Shown here: one piece after another, positions 48,342 through 58,471 of the stretch
Numbering within the stretch: position 1 is the stretch's first letter
Layout of the letters: every line of letters begins with the position of its first letter
Origin: Bacillota bacterium
Lineage (GTDB): Bacteria > Bacillota > Limnochordia > DTU080
Length of the DNA: 63,620 nucleotides
Direction of reading: 5' to 3'
Assembly: GCA_012838035.1 (NCBI GenBank)
Contig: DUQB01000159.1
Span: forward strand, 1-63,620
Notes under the pieces: model-generated
Told to the model about the DNA's origin: nothing
Seen by the model: the letters and a program-made list of their open reading frames with translations, nothing else
The model's database searches: none
Position numbers and translations under genes: made by a program

Positions 48342-49007
48342 TTAGAAAAAACCGCCGACGGTATAGCCCAACACTGCGCCGGCGATCACATCGCTCGGCC
48401 AATGCCGTTTAAGTTGTACTCTGGACATGCCGACCAGCGCCGCTGCGACATAGTAGGCGTAAGCATGTTTTGGATCATCTTTAGCCAATATCCGCGCCAT
48501 GGCGAATGCGGTCGAAGTGTGACCGCTGGGCATGGAATGGTAGTCGTCGGACAGGCTAAAGCCGTAGTACCTACCCTGACCGTCATCTACATTAGGCCGA
48601 GCGCGTCCCAATACGGCCTTCAGAGAGATGGTGACGGCACTGGCGACGGCAACAGCTTTAGCGGATCGCCAAACCGCCTCCTCATCCTGCGAGTAGAGTA
48701 CCACGTACCCAGTCAGCGTCTCCGTTTTTTCCATGGCTTGAGATGTCGCGTCAACAGACAGAAGCGCCGTATTGTCGGACGTGTCGATCTGCAGCAGACC
48801 GGCGGGCTCATAGTCCAAACCAATGGTTAATAACAACGGTTCCGTACCGGCGCCCGATACTACCCAGGCATCGTCATCAGCAGCGTATACCATTGACGGT
48901 GATATTGGTTCCTCAGCCTGAACCGAAAACAACGGTCCTGCAAATAGGCAGAACCAAACCGCAACGAAGCACAAGCGTTGCCTTTTCATGTAATCCATGC
49001 GGCGCAC
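48342..49007 (-). CDS. PAP2-family phosphatase with signal peptide
   Basis: K....GRARP, SMPSGH, SRVQLKRHWPSDV. Confidence 0.85.
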   Translation of the reverse strand: MRRMDYMKRQRLCFVAVWFCLFAGPLFSVQAEEPISPSMVYAADDDAWVVSGAGTEPLLLTIGLDYEPAGLLQIDTSDNTALLSVDATSQAMEKTETLTGYVVLYSQDEEAVWRSAKAVAVASAVTISLKAVLGRARPNVDDGQGRYYGFSLSDDYHSMPSGHTSTAFAMARILAKDDPKHAYAYYVAAALVGMSRVQLKRHWPSDVIAGAVLGYTVGGFF

Positions 49008-49091
49008 CTACCTTATAAGGCCGTATTTTCTCTGCCTAGCCGCAGTCTACCTGCTTTGGGGAAGCATAGTACAAACTTCCTGCTCAGCCTA

Positions 49092-49121
49092 GCATAAGCG
49101 ACCTGCTCCATGTGAATCTTA
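49092..49121 (+). promoter_or_regulatory. Sigma-G-like promoter of spoVT
   Basis: GCATA-N18-AATCTTA; spoVT is sigma-G dependent in B. subtilis. Confidence 0.35.
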
Positions 49122-49141
49122 CATGTAGGAGGTATCCACAC

Positions 49142-49669
49142 ATGAAGGCAACCGGAATTGTCCGTAGGATAGATGATTTGGGCAGAATCGTCATCCCGAA
49201 GGAGATTCGCCGCACTCTCCGCATTCGGGAACGTGACGCTTTAGAGATCTTCACCGATCGGGACGGCGAAGTGATCTTGAAGAAGTATTCGCCTATAGCC
49301 GATTTGGAAGATTTTGCTCAGGAGTACGCGGATTCGTTGTTTGAATCGACAGGACATGTAGCTTTAATCATCGATCGAGATACGTATATTGCCGTGGCGG
49401 GGACCAGCAAGAAGACCTATCTGGGTAAAACGGTAAGTGATGATATCGCTGATTTGATGGAAGATCGCAAACCTTGGAGCAGCGCCACGGCTAACCGCAA
49501 GTTGGCAATTACCAACTTCGAGGATGCTCACCAAATTTTGGTCCCCATCATTCATGACGGCGATGTGGTCGGTGCGGTGGCATTAGTTTCCAAAGACAGA
49601 CCCTTGGGCGAACTGGAACAGACCTTATGCCAGACGGCGGCGGACTTTCTCGCGAAACAACTTGGCTGA
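49142..49669 (+). CDS. spoVT: Stage V sporulation protein T (AbrB-type N-terminal domain plus GAF)
   Basis: MKATGIVRRIDDLGRIVIPKEIRRTLRIRE, LKKYSP, AADFLAKQ; AGGAGG SD. Confidence 0.95.
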   Translation: MKATGIVRRIDDLGRIVIPKEIRRTLRIRERDALEIFTDRDGEVILKKYSPIADLEDFAQEYADSLFESTGHVALIIDRDTYIAVAGTSKKTYLGKTVSDDIADLMEDRKPWSSATANRKLAITNFEDAHQILVPIIHDGDVVGAVALVSKDRPLGELEQTLCQTAADFLAKQLG

Positions 49670-49673
49670 AGCA

Positions 49674-49714
49674 TAAAAAGAGGCGACTCCCGGATAGCGA
49701 GTGTGTCGCCTCTT
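49674..49714. terminator. Bidirectional hairpin between convergent genes
   Basis: AAGAGGCGAC/GTCGCCTCTT 10-bp stem. Confidence 0.65.
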
Positions 49715-50603
49715 ATAACGTTTCTTGGAAACGCACCTTTACACGTGCTCCGGTAGCTGCAATATAGATATCCACAGTGGACTCCGCATCAAAAAAGTTG
49801 CTGTTATAGTAACCGTCCGCAGATTGCACGAAACCGGTTTCGGCGAGATTATGTGATGTAAGCAGACTATCCAACTTGACTCTTAAGCCCACGGTAACCG
49901 GCAGCACCAAGGTCACCTCCGCAAGCGTGGCATTGATAAACACGTCGGTACGTCGATGCGTTTCTCCCAATCGCAGTTCTATGCGCGCCAACCCGGCGGA
50001 TATGTCCAAAGTACGTAATTGCAGATCGGCAAACGTGACCTCCAACCCGGCTACTGTTGAAGAGATTTCCACATCCAATGGAATGGCCCGCGTTAAGCGC
50101 ATATCCCAAAGTTCAGACAGCCCGCGTAGCCATTTGGGCGCCCGTCTGTCTTCCTGCCGTAATTCGACCATGGCTGCTTGTGGTTGGGGCAACTGTACTT
50201 GGCTCGGTTCAGCGCCGAAAACGCGGAAATCGGCCTCGTACAACCCGGCTCCGCCACTGCCTATACGAATGACGCCCGTGCCGATGTCTAAACGCAACCG
50301 TGCTTCTTTCGCTTCAGCGCTTAAGGGTACTTGCGCGCTAAGCGTCCGTGCTTGCCAATCATCTTGGCGTACGCCGCCGATGCTGACCGCGAACATAATG
50401 AGCAGCAAAGCGAACAATGTGGGCAGAAACCAAAAACGCGTGCGCTGCAAAGCTAGATATAGCCCCAGCACGACCAAGAAAGCCGGCCACCACTGGAGAA
50501 GGTTCCACCACAGATTCCATTCGAGAAAGCCCCAGGTCATCATGAGTAGGAGAAAACCTACCACGACCAGGATAGCTCCCAAGTTAACCCGTCCCGGACG
50601 CAA
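49713..50603 (-). CDS. LiaF/LiaI-like membrane protein (DUF5668-type TM) with extracellular beta-solenoid 'toast-rack'-like domain
   Basis: N-terminal GAILVVVGFLLL...QWWP..LVVLG motif followed by repeated beta-strand patterns. Confidence 0.65.
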   Translation of the reverse strand: MRPGRVNLGAILVVVGFLLLMMTWGFLEWNLWWNLLQWWPAFLVVLGLYLALQRTRFWFLPTLFALLLIMFAVSIGGVRQDDWQARTLSAQVPLSAEAKEARLRLDIGTGVIRIGSGGAGLYEADFRVFGAEPSQVQLPQPQAAMVELRQEDRRAPKWLRGLSELWDMRLTRAIPLDVEISSTVAGLEVTFADLQLRTLDISAGLARIELRLGETHRRTDVFINATLAEVTLVLPVTVGLRVKLDSLLTSHNLAETGFVQSADGYYNSNFFDAESTVDIYIAATGARVKVRFQETL

Positions 50604-50618
50604 AACAGCGTAGCCTCC

Positions 50619-51236
50619 TTACTCCGACAATCCTCGTAATATAAGCACTACGCCAAGACCGATGATAAACACCGGGAATAGGTCGCCAAGACTGAACCAG
50701 GGGAATAAATTGCGTAACACATATAATAATCCGATGCCGATTAAGAGTACGCCGCCCAATCTTTGTCGTCGCGCTCTCTCATCTTCTTCGGTAGTGTCCG
50801 GCGGTCCGCCGACGGCGAGCTCCTCATCATCTATGTCTTCTTGCTCGTCTGCGCTTTGCTCGGTCAGGTCCGATTCCCTCGCCGTTGGCCCCTCTGCGGT
50901 GTCATCGGCTCTCGGTTCGGCATCATCAACCTCCTTGTGCTTCTGCAGACGCGCCTCCACCTGCTTGGCTCCGCGCAGCACTTTCCGCCGCAAGGCTTCG
51001 CTTTTGGCGAACATGGTGGTAGGTTCTTCATTTTGCCCCGGCTCCGGGGGTATGATGACCCAACCTACAAGATAAAGGAACAATCCGGCGCCACCTGGGA
51101 AGACTAATAAGACCATGATCAAGCGAATAATAGTGGGATCTACATCGAAGTATTCGCCCAAACCGCTGGCGATACCCGCGATGATATGATCTCGTTGCGA
51201 CCGATAAAGCCTTTTTTGCACCACGCACACTCCCAT
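50619..51236 (-). CDS. PspC domain protein with acidic linker and C-terminal LiaI-like TM module
   Basis: KRLYRS..D..IAGIASGLGEYF.VDPT.IRL, LYL.GWVIIP. Confidence 0.85.
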   Translation of the reverse strand: MGVCVVQKRLYRSQRDHIIAGIASGLGEYFDVDPTIIRLIMVLLVFPGGAGLFLYLVGWVIIPPEPGQNEEPTTMFAKSEALRRKVLRGAKQVEARLQKHKEVDDAEPRADDTAEGPTARESDLTEQSADEQEDIDDEELAVGGPPDTTEEDERARRQRLGGVLLIGIGLLYVLRNLFPWFSLGDLFPVFIIGLGVVLILRGLSE

Positions 51237-51432
51237 ACCGACACATGGTACGCCATGGACTTAGGTCACTGAACAGCATGTCGCTGCCGAAGCCGCGGCT
51301 TAACCGTGTTTACCCCATTCTCCCTCCTATAACAATAGGCCATTTGTCTTTGGAATTCAACGCAAGGTTACACGACCTACTCTCTGTAAACAAAAACTTA
51401 ACGCGGCACGGTCCAATAGAGCGGTCTTCAAA

Positions 51433-51461
51433 TTGACCTGTCCACGTCCACATTCTATGAA
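51433..51461 (+). promoter_or_regulatory. Putative sigma-A promoter about 290 nt upstream of the HTH gene
   Basis: TTGACC-N17-TATGAA. Confidence 0.4.
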
Positions 51462-51758
51462 TAACTTTATGCCTTCTTGAACATAAAATAATAAGGATGT
51501 AGAAACGCCGTCCGCTCCAACTGCTGCGTCATCAGACCACCTAACCGGCATCGTCTATGTTTGAGCAGACATCTAATCAAGTTGCATCTGGAGATCAGCT
51601 GTTCTCCAGATCTGCGCCGGCGATCTCTATTGCAGGTCGACAATTCCGCTGGTCGGGCTTCTGTGCCGCGCAGCAACAGGTAATAGACGGCATCGTAAGC
51701 CCTCTCACCGCCCTGCTTGCGCTCGAAGTACGAAACAGATCGAGAAGGAGGAGACCTT

Positions 51759-52451
51759 ATGAATGATAAACAGCGTTACTATGCCAGTCTGGAGCGGCAA
51801 CGCGCTGCGGAGGCATCGCTTGGCAACCCGCCCGTTGCAGGGCCTGATGCCGGGCTACTGGACGCTCTATATGCAGATATGGGGATGCGAGCCTTCGCCG
51901 CGTTTCAAAATTGTCTTGATTGGTTAGGATCCATAGGTCACAGACAGACACGGCTATCATGCAGAGAAGGTGATCCGGCTGTGGATAAAGTCATTACAGA
52001 CCATCTGCGAGAGATAAACGCGACTATGACCGAACTAAAGGAACAGTTGTCGGCGCTTGAAACCAGCATGTCGAATTTAGAGGCCGGCATGCGCCGGATT
52101 GACAAATATACGCTGGATGCCTTCAGGCAGTTGGCTGAACTGGATGCCGCTCGTATGGCGGGAACGCGGCAGGATCTTGACACGCAGCCGGGTAACAGGC
52201 GTTTAGCAAAGGAAGAAGCCATGCATTTGGCTATTGAGGCGGCTAAGGAAATGGCCAAAGCGGGGCAGTCGCTCTCGCTGGCGGCTGTAGCCAGAAGAGC
52301 CGGACTGAAGTACGGACAGATCGTATACGCATTTGGTAACAAAGAGACCTTCATGGCGAAACTGCAAGCCATCCAAGAGACGGAAGCACAAAGCAAATCA
52401 CCGCCTCAAACAGAGGTTGCCGCAACCGGGGAGCGCGAAGCGGCCTCATAA
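51759..52451 (+). CDS. Coiled-coil protein with C-terminal TetR-like HTH
   Basis: AAGGAGG SD; heptad segment; SLAAVARRAGLKYGQIVYAFGNKE resembles a TetR HTH. Confidence 0.7.
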   Translation: MNDKQRYYASLERQRAAEASLGNPPVAGPDAGLLDALYADMGMRAFAAFQNCLDWLGSIGHRQTRLSCREGDPAVDKVITDHLREINATMTELKEQLSALETSMSNLEAGMRRIDKYTLDAFRQLAELDAARMAGTRQDLDTQPGNRRLAKEEAMHLAIEAAKEMAKAGQSLSLAAVARRAGLKYGQIVYAFGNKETFMAKLQAIQETEAQSKSPPQTEVAATGEREAAS

Positions 52452-52537
52452 TAAGTGGTACGGCTAGCGGTGCAGCTGGGACATCCGATGTGAAGGCGCC
52501 GCCACATCTTACAAAGAACGGCATAGAGGTTTTAACT

Positions 52538-52606
52538 GTAGCGTGCACGGTAACGTTAATGCCGGGTCCGGCCGCCATGGACCGCTAAGGTAACCGTGCA
52601 CGCTAC
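52538..52606. terminator. Long hairpin between convergent genes
   Basis: Perfect 14-bp arms GTAGCGTGCACGGT/ACCGTGCACGCTAC with an inner GGTCC/GGACC stem. Confidence 0.6.
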
Positions 52607-52618
52607 GAATGCAGGTGT

Positions 52619-53671
52619 TTATACATTGAAACGGAAGTTTACGATATCGCCGTCCTGCATGACATACTCTTTACCTTCTAAGCGCAACACGGCGTGCTCT
52701 TTCAGCTTCTGCCCGCCATACGCGGTAAAATCATGATACGACACGACTTCAGCCCGAATAAAGCCCCGTTCGATATCCGAGTGTATCTTGCCTGCTGCCT
52801 GCTTGGCGGTTGTCCCTTGTCTGATCGTCCAAGCCTTCACTTCATCTTCTCCTACCGTAAAAAACGAGATTAGGCCCAAATGAGCATACGCAGCCCTGGC
52901 CAACCTGGCCAGACCGCTCTCGGTAATGCCTAGGTCTTGCATGAAAGCCTGTCTATCCTCTTCAGGCAGTTCGGCAATCTCCATTTCCACCTGCGCGCAG
53001 ATCTCTAAATACGGCGCATGTTCCGCTTCGCACCACGCCGCCACATCCATCTTGCCCGGATACTGGCCCGATAGGAGTTCCTCTTCATCCGTATTGACTA
53101 CGACAATTAAGGGCAAATCGCTATAGAAAGTGATGCCTTGCAGTTGGAGCCGCTCCTCTTTAGTTAGAGATTGCCGCCTTAACGGCACGCCTTGCTCCAA
53201 TTGCTCGGCTATACGGGTAAAAAGAGCGATATCTTGCGCGGTCTGAGCCTGTTTCGCCCCTTTGCGCAGGCGAGATAGACGCGTATCGGCCATAGCCCAG
53301 TCGGTGATCGTCAGTTCATTGATCACCTCATGCAACTCGGCATACGGGTTGATCCCATCCTCAAACCGAGTCGGTACATGCTGCGCTTCAAAGGCGCGCA
53401 AGACTACAACCATGGCGTCGATATCCTTTAGCGCCGAAAGGAACTCGCCGCTGCGACCGGGCTCCAGACCTGGGATATCTGTAACGTTGATTTTCGCATA
53501 TGTAGTTTTACGCGGTCTATAGAACGCCGAGAGGTAATCGATCCGCGCATCAGGCACCCGAGCTATGCCGACAGTCGCCTTTCCCTTGCTCGCTTCAGGT
53601 TCGGTTTGGGTAAGTAAGCGGTAGAAGGTAGACTTCCCCACCTGTGGCACACCGACAATCCCTATGTTCAT
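52619..53671 (-). CDS. ychF: Obg-family ATPase YchF
   Basis: GIVGVPQVGKST, DIPGL, L.SFFTVGEDEVKAW, AGKIHSDIERGFIRAEV. Confidence 0.92.
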   Translation of the reverse strand: MNIGIVGVPQVGKSTFYRLLTQTEPEASKGKATVGIARVPDARIDYLSAFYRPRKTTYAKINVTDIPGLEPGRSGEFLSALKDIDAMVVVLRAFEAQHVPTRFEDGINPYAELHEVINELTITDWAMADTRLSRLRKGAKQAQTAQDIALFTRIAEQLEQGVPLRRQSLTKEERLQLQGITFYSDLPLIVVVNTDEEELLSGQYPGKMDVAAWCEAEHAPYLEICAQVEMEIAELPEEDRQAFMQDLGITESGLARLARAAYAHLGLISFFTVGEDEVKAWTIRQGTTAKQAAGKIHSDIERGFIRAEVVSYHDFTAYGGQKLKEHAVLRLEGKEYVMQDGDIVNFRFNV

Positions 53672-53802
53672 CTATGGTATCCTCCTTAATGCAATAACCG
53701 AACGTAAGCCGCGCAGAACAGCCATGCTGTTCCGGCGTGGAATTGCGCCGCCTGCGCATAACCGGGCTTAACCAAGCGGCAGGTTCTATGCGCCTCAATC
53801 TC

Positions 53803-54711
53803 TTACAAAATGAAACTCAGCGACCGCTGCTCCAGGTCCAGCGTTGCTCTACTCCCTAAAACAACTGCGCTGTTGTATGTGCCGTGCCCTATGGGCAGAC
53901 CCATGAGCGCCGGCTTTTGGACCCGTTTTAACCAGTCGACGACCACATCTGTTGCTGTTATGTCCGGTGCCCAATCTGATGGTAAACAACCGGTGAAAGT
54001 ACCTATGGCGATACCGACTGCAGCCTGCAGTTTGCCGGCCAAGTATAGTTGCGAGAGCATCCGATCCAGTCTGTAGGGCTCTTCCTCTACGTCCTCCAGA
54101 AGCAGAATGGCTCCCCTGGCGTCAATTTCCTCAGGCGTTCCCAGTAAGGCGCATAACAGACTCAAGTTGCCGCCAACCAACCGGCCGGTAACTTTTCCAC
54201 TTCCCCAGAGGATGGGATTAGGCTCAGCGCAAGTTAAAACCCCGCGCCCAGATCCCTCAAGTATGGCAAATAGGCTGTTTTCCCCGTACCGATCATCATC
54301 GGTACGACCTAACTGACTTAGCACCGGTCCGTGGACGACGACCATTTGACGCCTAAGAAAGCCGCAATGTAAAGCGGTGATATCACTGTAACCCACCAAC
54401 CATTTAGGTGTAGCGCTGATGAACCGCCATGGCATTTGCGCCAGCAACCGCTGACTACCATAACCTCCACGAGCGCACAACACGGCCTTAGCAGGTGAGC
54501 GCCACGCCCAGAGCAAATCCTCCAGCCGCTTGGCATCATCGGCAGAGAACAAACCATCACGTTCAAATAAGTGCGGCGCTAACAAAACCTGATAGCCGCG
54601 TCGTTCAACACAATCTATACCTGCCTCTATTTCCTCCGGTGCGACAAACTTGGCGGGAGCAATAACCGCGACCGCATCGCCCGGCATTAATGGCTGAGGT
54701 TTCCAAGCCAC
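53803..54711 (-). CDS. ldcA: LD-carboxypeptidase (peptidase S66)
   Basis: RGGYGS, GYSDIT (Ser), GGNLSL, LEDVEE (Glu), IGHG (His). Confidence 0.9.
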   Translation of the reverse strand: MAWKPQPLMPGDAVAVIAPAKFVAPEEIEAGIDCVERRGYQVLLAPHLFERDGLFSADDAKRLEDLLWAWRSPAKAVLCARGGYGSQRLLAQMPWRFISATPKWLVGYSDITALHCGFLRRQMVVVHGPVLSQLGRTDDDRYGENSLFAILEGSGRGVLTCAEPNPILWGSGKVTGRLVGGNLSLLCALLGTPEEIDARGAILLLEDVEEEPYRLDRMLSQLYLAGKLQAAVGIAIGTFTGCLPSDWAPDITATDVVVDWLKRVQKPALMGLPIGHGTYNSAVVLGSRATLDLEQRSLSFIL

Positions 54712-54814
54712 CGTTACACGCTCCTACTCATACTCCTCTCCCTTCTTTTACTTGACGGCAGGAGAGTATATGACCACCTGATTTATGTTGTAATCATCGC
54801 TGCCAAGTCGCACC

Positions 54815-55324
54815 TTAGTGCAGGTAACGTTGCGCTTTAAGGAAGTAATCCACCCCGGATCCTACGGTCATGATTAGGGCAAACAGCATGAGTATCTGTG
54901 CTCCGGGCATCTGAATCAGCGTAGCCGCGATAGCCACAATCTGGCTTACAGTCTTCAGTTTGCCCCACTGGCTGGCCGGTATGACGACGCCATCGGATAG
55001 GACAAGCAAACGTAAGCCGGAGACGGCGAACTCTCGCCCCATAATCACCACGGTGGTCCAAGCCGACACCCGTCCTAGTTCTACTAAAGCGATGAGAGCA
55101 GAAGAGACCAGCAGTTTATCAGCTATAGGATCCATCAACTGACCAAACTTCGTCACTTCCTTGCGCGCTCGAGCTGCATACCCGTCTAAACCATCGGTTA
55201 TGGCAGCCAAAATGAACACAACGGTAGCCCAATACGCTCCGTGGGGCACGTTCTCCAGGAGTAGGGTGAGAAAAACAGGTACCAGAAAAATTCGTGTGAG
55301 GGTGAGCGCTGTAGCCAGATTCAC
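54815..55324 (-). CDS. pgsA: CDP-diacylglycerol--glycerol-3-phosphate 3-phosphatidyltransferase
   Basis: TDGLDGYAAR...T.FGQLMDPIADK CDP-alcohol phosphotransferase motif. Confidence 0.95.
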   Translation of the reverse strand: MNLATALTLTRIFLVPVFLTLLLENVPHGAYWATVVFILAAITDGLDGYAARARKEVTKFGQLMDPIADKLLVSSALIALVELGRVSAWTTVVIMGREFAVSGLRLLVLSDGVVIPASQWGKLKTVSQIVAIAATLIQMPGAQILMLFALIMTVGSGVDYFLKAQRYLH

Positions 55325-55379
55325 AAAAGGTCCCTCTCTAGGCACTTGCCTAGTACCATTCGGAGAATATCCGGAATGA

Positions 55380-56717
55380 CTACTCTACAACCGCCGTTAA
55401 ATCATAATCACTTGCGCTTAAAATGCGCGCCCGTACCATATCGCCTACTTGCAGACGGCGACCTTTCACATACGTTATACCATCGATCTCCGGAGCTTGG
55501 CGGCGTGTGCGACCTATACAAACGGAATCAGTCACTCGGTCGACCAGCACGTCGGTCACTTGTCCCACGCAACCTTCATTCTTAGCCCGCGAAATCCTCT
55601 GTTGTATGGCCAACAAACGCTGTCTACGCTCTTCTTTCACTGCTTGCGGTATCTGGTGAGGCATTTGCGCGGCAGGCGTGCCTTCTTCAGCTGAATAGGT
55701 AAACACGCCTACATGATCAAAGCGTTTTTCAGTGACGAAATCGCAAAGCGCGGCAAAGTCGGCTTCAGTTTCTCCAGGATAGCCGACAATAAACGAAGTG
55801 CGCAGCGTCACATCCGGGATAATCTGCCGAATCCTGTCTATCAATCGGTTGATGTAGGCGCCGTCTCCTTGCCTGTACATAGCGCGCAGGACGGTATCGC
55901 TCACATGCTGCAACGGTAGCTCCACATATTTGCATATATTGGGTTGCTCGGCTACGACTTGCAGAACGTCATCGCTCAAATGCGTGGGATAAGCATACAG
56001 CAAACGCAGCCAATGGAGCCCTTCCACAGCGGCAACCCGCCGTAGCAGATCGGCCAAACGACTTTCACCGTAAATATCGCGCCCATACCAGGTGGTGTCT
56101 TGGGCAATCAGGATGATCTCTTTAGCGCCATTGCGTACCAGTCGGCGTGTTTCCGCGACAATGGAGTTCAGCGGACGACTGCGATAACTTCCACGTATAC
56201 TGGGGATGACGCAAAAAGCGCATCGATGATTACACCCTTCAGCTATCTTAACGTATGCGCTATGAGGCGATGTCGTTAGTAGCCTAGGCATTTGTTCGTC
56301 ATACAGAAACAGCGGTTCAGCCGTAGTTGCAAAACGTTCACCAGAGAGCACACGTTGTGCAATTGCAGCCACATTACCCACATCGCCGGTACCTATGATC
56401 GCGTCCACTTCAGGCAACTCGGCAAGCAGTTGCTCTTTGTATCTTGAACCCATGCATCCGGCGAGGATCAGCGCTTTACAACGGCCCCGCTCTTTGTACT
56501 GAGCCATTTCCAGCACGGCGTCGATCGATTCGCTGGTAGCCGACTCAATAAAGGTACAGCTGTTCACAATAATGACATCAGCCTCTAAAGGATCCGCAGT
56601 AAGGTCAAATCCCTGTTGTCGCAAAATACCCAGCATCACTTCAGAGTCAATGCGGTTTTTGGCGCAACCCAGCGACACCATGCCCACCTTGAACGGTTGA
56701 GTAACCTGTGCACCCAA
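55380..56717 (-). CDS. rimO: Ribosomal protein S12 methylthiotransferase
   Basis: SLGCAKNRIDSE, NSCTFI, CNHRCAFC radical-SAM motif, RQAPEIDG TRAM domain. Confidence 0.95.
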   Translation of the reverse strand: MGAQVTQPFKVGMVSLGCAKNRIDSEVMLGILRQQGFDLTADPLEADVIIVNSCTFIESATSESIDAVLEMAQYKERGRCKALILAGCMGSRYKEQLLAELPEVDAIIGTGDVGNVAAIAQRVLSGERFATTAEPLFLYDEQMPRLLTTSPHSAYVKIAEGCNHRCAFCVIPSIRGSYRSRPLNSIVAETRRLVRNGAKEIILIAQDTTWYGRDIYGESRLADLLRRVAAVEGLHWLRLLYAYPTHLSDDVLQVVAEQPNICKYVELPLQHVSDTVLRAMYRQGDGAYINRLIDRIRQIIPDVTLRTSFIVGYPGETEADFAALCDFVTEKRFDHVGVFTYSAEEGTPAAQMPHQIPQAVKEERRQRLLAIQQRISRAKNEGCVGQVTDVLVDRVTDSVCIGRTRRQAPEIDGITYVKGRRLQVGDMVRARILSASDYDLTAVVE

Positions 56718-56853
56718 TAGCTTCCTGATCTCCTTACTGAATAATCTTGCCGGAATTACTGCGAATCAACCTGGTTTGATCCTATGCGACATTCTGAACG
56801 GTTCGGGCTGTTCGAACTGACGTTTTGCCGTATTATACAAGTGGCGAGACTCA

Positions 56854-58401
56854 TCAGGCTTGTCCCTCTTTTGCTTCGCAAAGCTCATCCATAACAGCCA
56901 AAGGACTAATGCTGTCCGAAGTATAATTCAGCCGCAGCTTACGCATGCCTTCCTCGTCGCCGTGACTGGGAATATGCGTAACATGCATTTCGCAGCCGCG
57001 TAAATCTGATAGATGCTGTACGGACAGCTCAGCGGGAGGACTTACCGCTGCGCTGATTGCCAAAACGATGAGCGTCTCTTCCAAATTCAGGCTGGCGGAA
57101 CGTCTGCCGCTGATCGTCTCTTTCAGCTCGTTGATATTGGTGATTAGGTGTTGAGGAATCAGATCGATATGATCTGCAATTCCCGCCAATTGTTTGACCG
57201 CATTAAGCACGGCTGCGGACTCGGCATGCATTAGAGACGAGTTTTTACCGGTCACCATTCTGCCGTCAGGCAACTCGATCGCCGCGCCGCAAACAACCCC
57301 GGCATAACCTTTTCCTTCAGCTTTAGCTTGGGCGGCAGCCGCACGTGCCGCGCCGACTACTCGTCGGTCGGTGTGTTTTAACCCTAGTTTACGCAACAAC
57401 ATCTCAGCCCGTTCTGCAGTCTCTGGTTTTTCTATGCCCTCAAGCACTTCCGCCCGATATTGAAAAGCCCGTCGAATAACCTCTTGCTTGCCGGCTTCCC
57501 GCACTACGTCATCGTCGATAATTCCGGCCGCGACCATATTCACGCCCATATCGGTAGGTGAAAGATATTGGTTCACGGGATTGGATTCATCGGCAATCCG
57601 TTTGAAGAGACGCTTGAGGACGGTGAAGTTATCGATATCTCGGTTATAATTGATCGTCACTTGATTATACCCTGCCAGATGAAACGGATCCACCATATTG
57701 ATGTCGCCCATATCGGCCGTAGCTGCTTCATAGGCGATATTGACCGGATGGTCGAGGGGCAGGTTCCAAATGGGAAAGGTCTCAAACTTGGCGAAACCCG
57801 CACTGATCCCTCGCGTCGTCTCATGGTAAATTTGCGACAGACAAACCGACATCTTGCCCGAGCCGCCGCCCGCACCGGTAATGATGACGATCGGCTTTTC
57901 TGTAGGTAGATAAGGCTGTGCCCCATATCCTTTTTCAGAAACGATGAAGTCTAGATCCAGAGGATAATTGGGGATTTCATTATGGACATACACCTGATAA
58001 CCGCGATTCGTCAGCTTTCGCCAAAAGCGCTCCGCCATTATCTCGTGTTCAAATCGAGTGATGACCACTCCGGACACCGCCAAGCCGTGTTCCCTTAGGT
58101 TTTCCAAATCGCGTAGAGCCTGTTGATCATATGTAAGACCAAAATCATGACGTACTCGCCCGCGTTGGATATCCTTAGCGCTGACACAGTAGAAGATCTC
58201 CGACATCCTGGCTAGTTCGCGCAGTACTTGGATTTTCGCATTCGGGTCGTACCCCGGCAACACGCGTGCGGCATGGAAGTCGTTGGTCAGTTTACCGCCA
58301 AACTCCAGATACAGCTTCTTGTCAAACTTGGCAACACGCTCTTTAATCGTCTTTGTCTGGATTGAGACATACTTCTCTGTGTCAAAACCAACTTTATACA
58401 T
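56854..58401 (-). CDS. DUF1846 (UPF0371) family protein
   Basis: KLYLEFGGKL, HAARVLPG, GSGKMSVCLSQ, KFETFPIWN, PTDMGVNM. Confidence 0.9.
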   Translation of the reverse strand: MYKVGFDTEKYVSIQTKTIKERVAKFDKKLYLEFGGKLTNDFHAARVLPGYDPNAKIQVLRELARMSEIFYCVSAKDIQRGRVRHDFGLTYDQQALRDLENLREHGLAVSGVVITRFEHEIMAERFWRKLTNRGYQVYVHNEIPNYPLDLDFIVSEKGYGAQPYLPTEKPIVIITGAGGGSGKMSVCLSQIYHETTRGISAGFAKFETFPIWNLPLDHPVNIAYEAATADMGDINMVDPFHLAGYNQVTINYNRDIDNFTVLKRLFKRIADESNPVNQYLSPTDMGVNMVAAGIIDDDVVREAGKQEVIRRAFQYRAEVLEGIEKPETAERAEMLLRKLGLKHTDRRVVGAARAAAAQAKAEGKGYAGVVCGAAIELPDGRMVTGKNSSLMHAESAAVLNAVKQLAGIADHIDLIPQHLITNINELKETISGRRSASLNLEETLIVLAISAAVSPPAELSVQHLSDLRGCEMHVTHIPSHGDEEGMRKLRLNYTSDSISPLAVMDELCEAKEGQA

Positions 58402-58471
58402 TGTTTTCACCTCAATGGATTAGGTTGCCGGACCTGACTAACTGACACAGACCGCATTTGTCATCACACAG

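Noticed and set aside
49876-50613. Long antisense ORFs (this 245-aa one, 4031-4648, 10536-11075, 19488-20066, 47067-47639 and others)
   Set aside because: Shadow frames of well-supported genes in GC-rich sequence, with no SD or recognisable motifs
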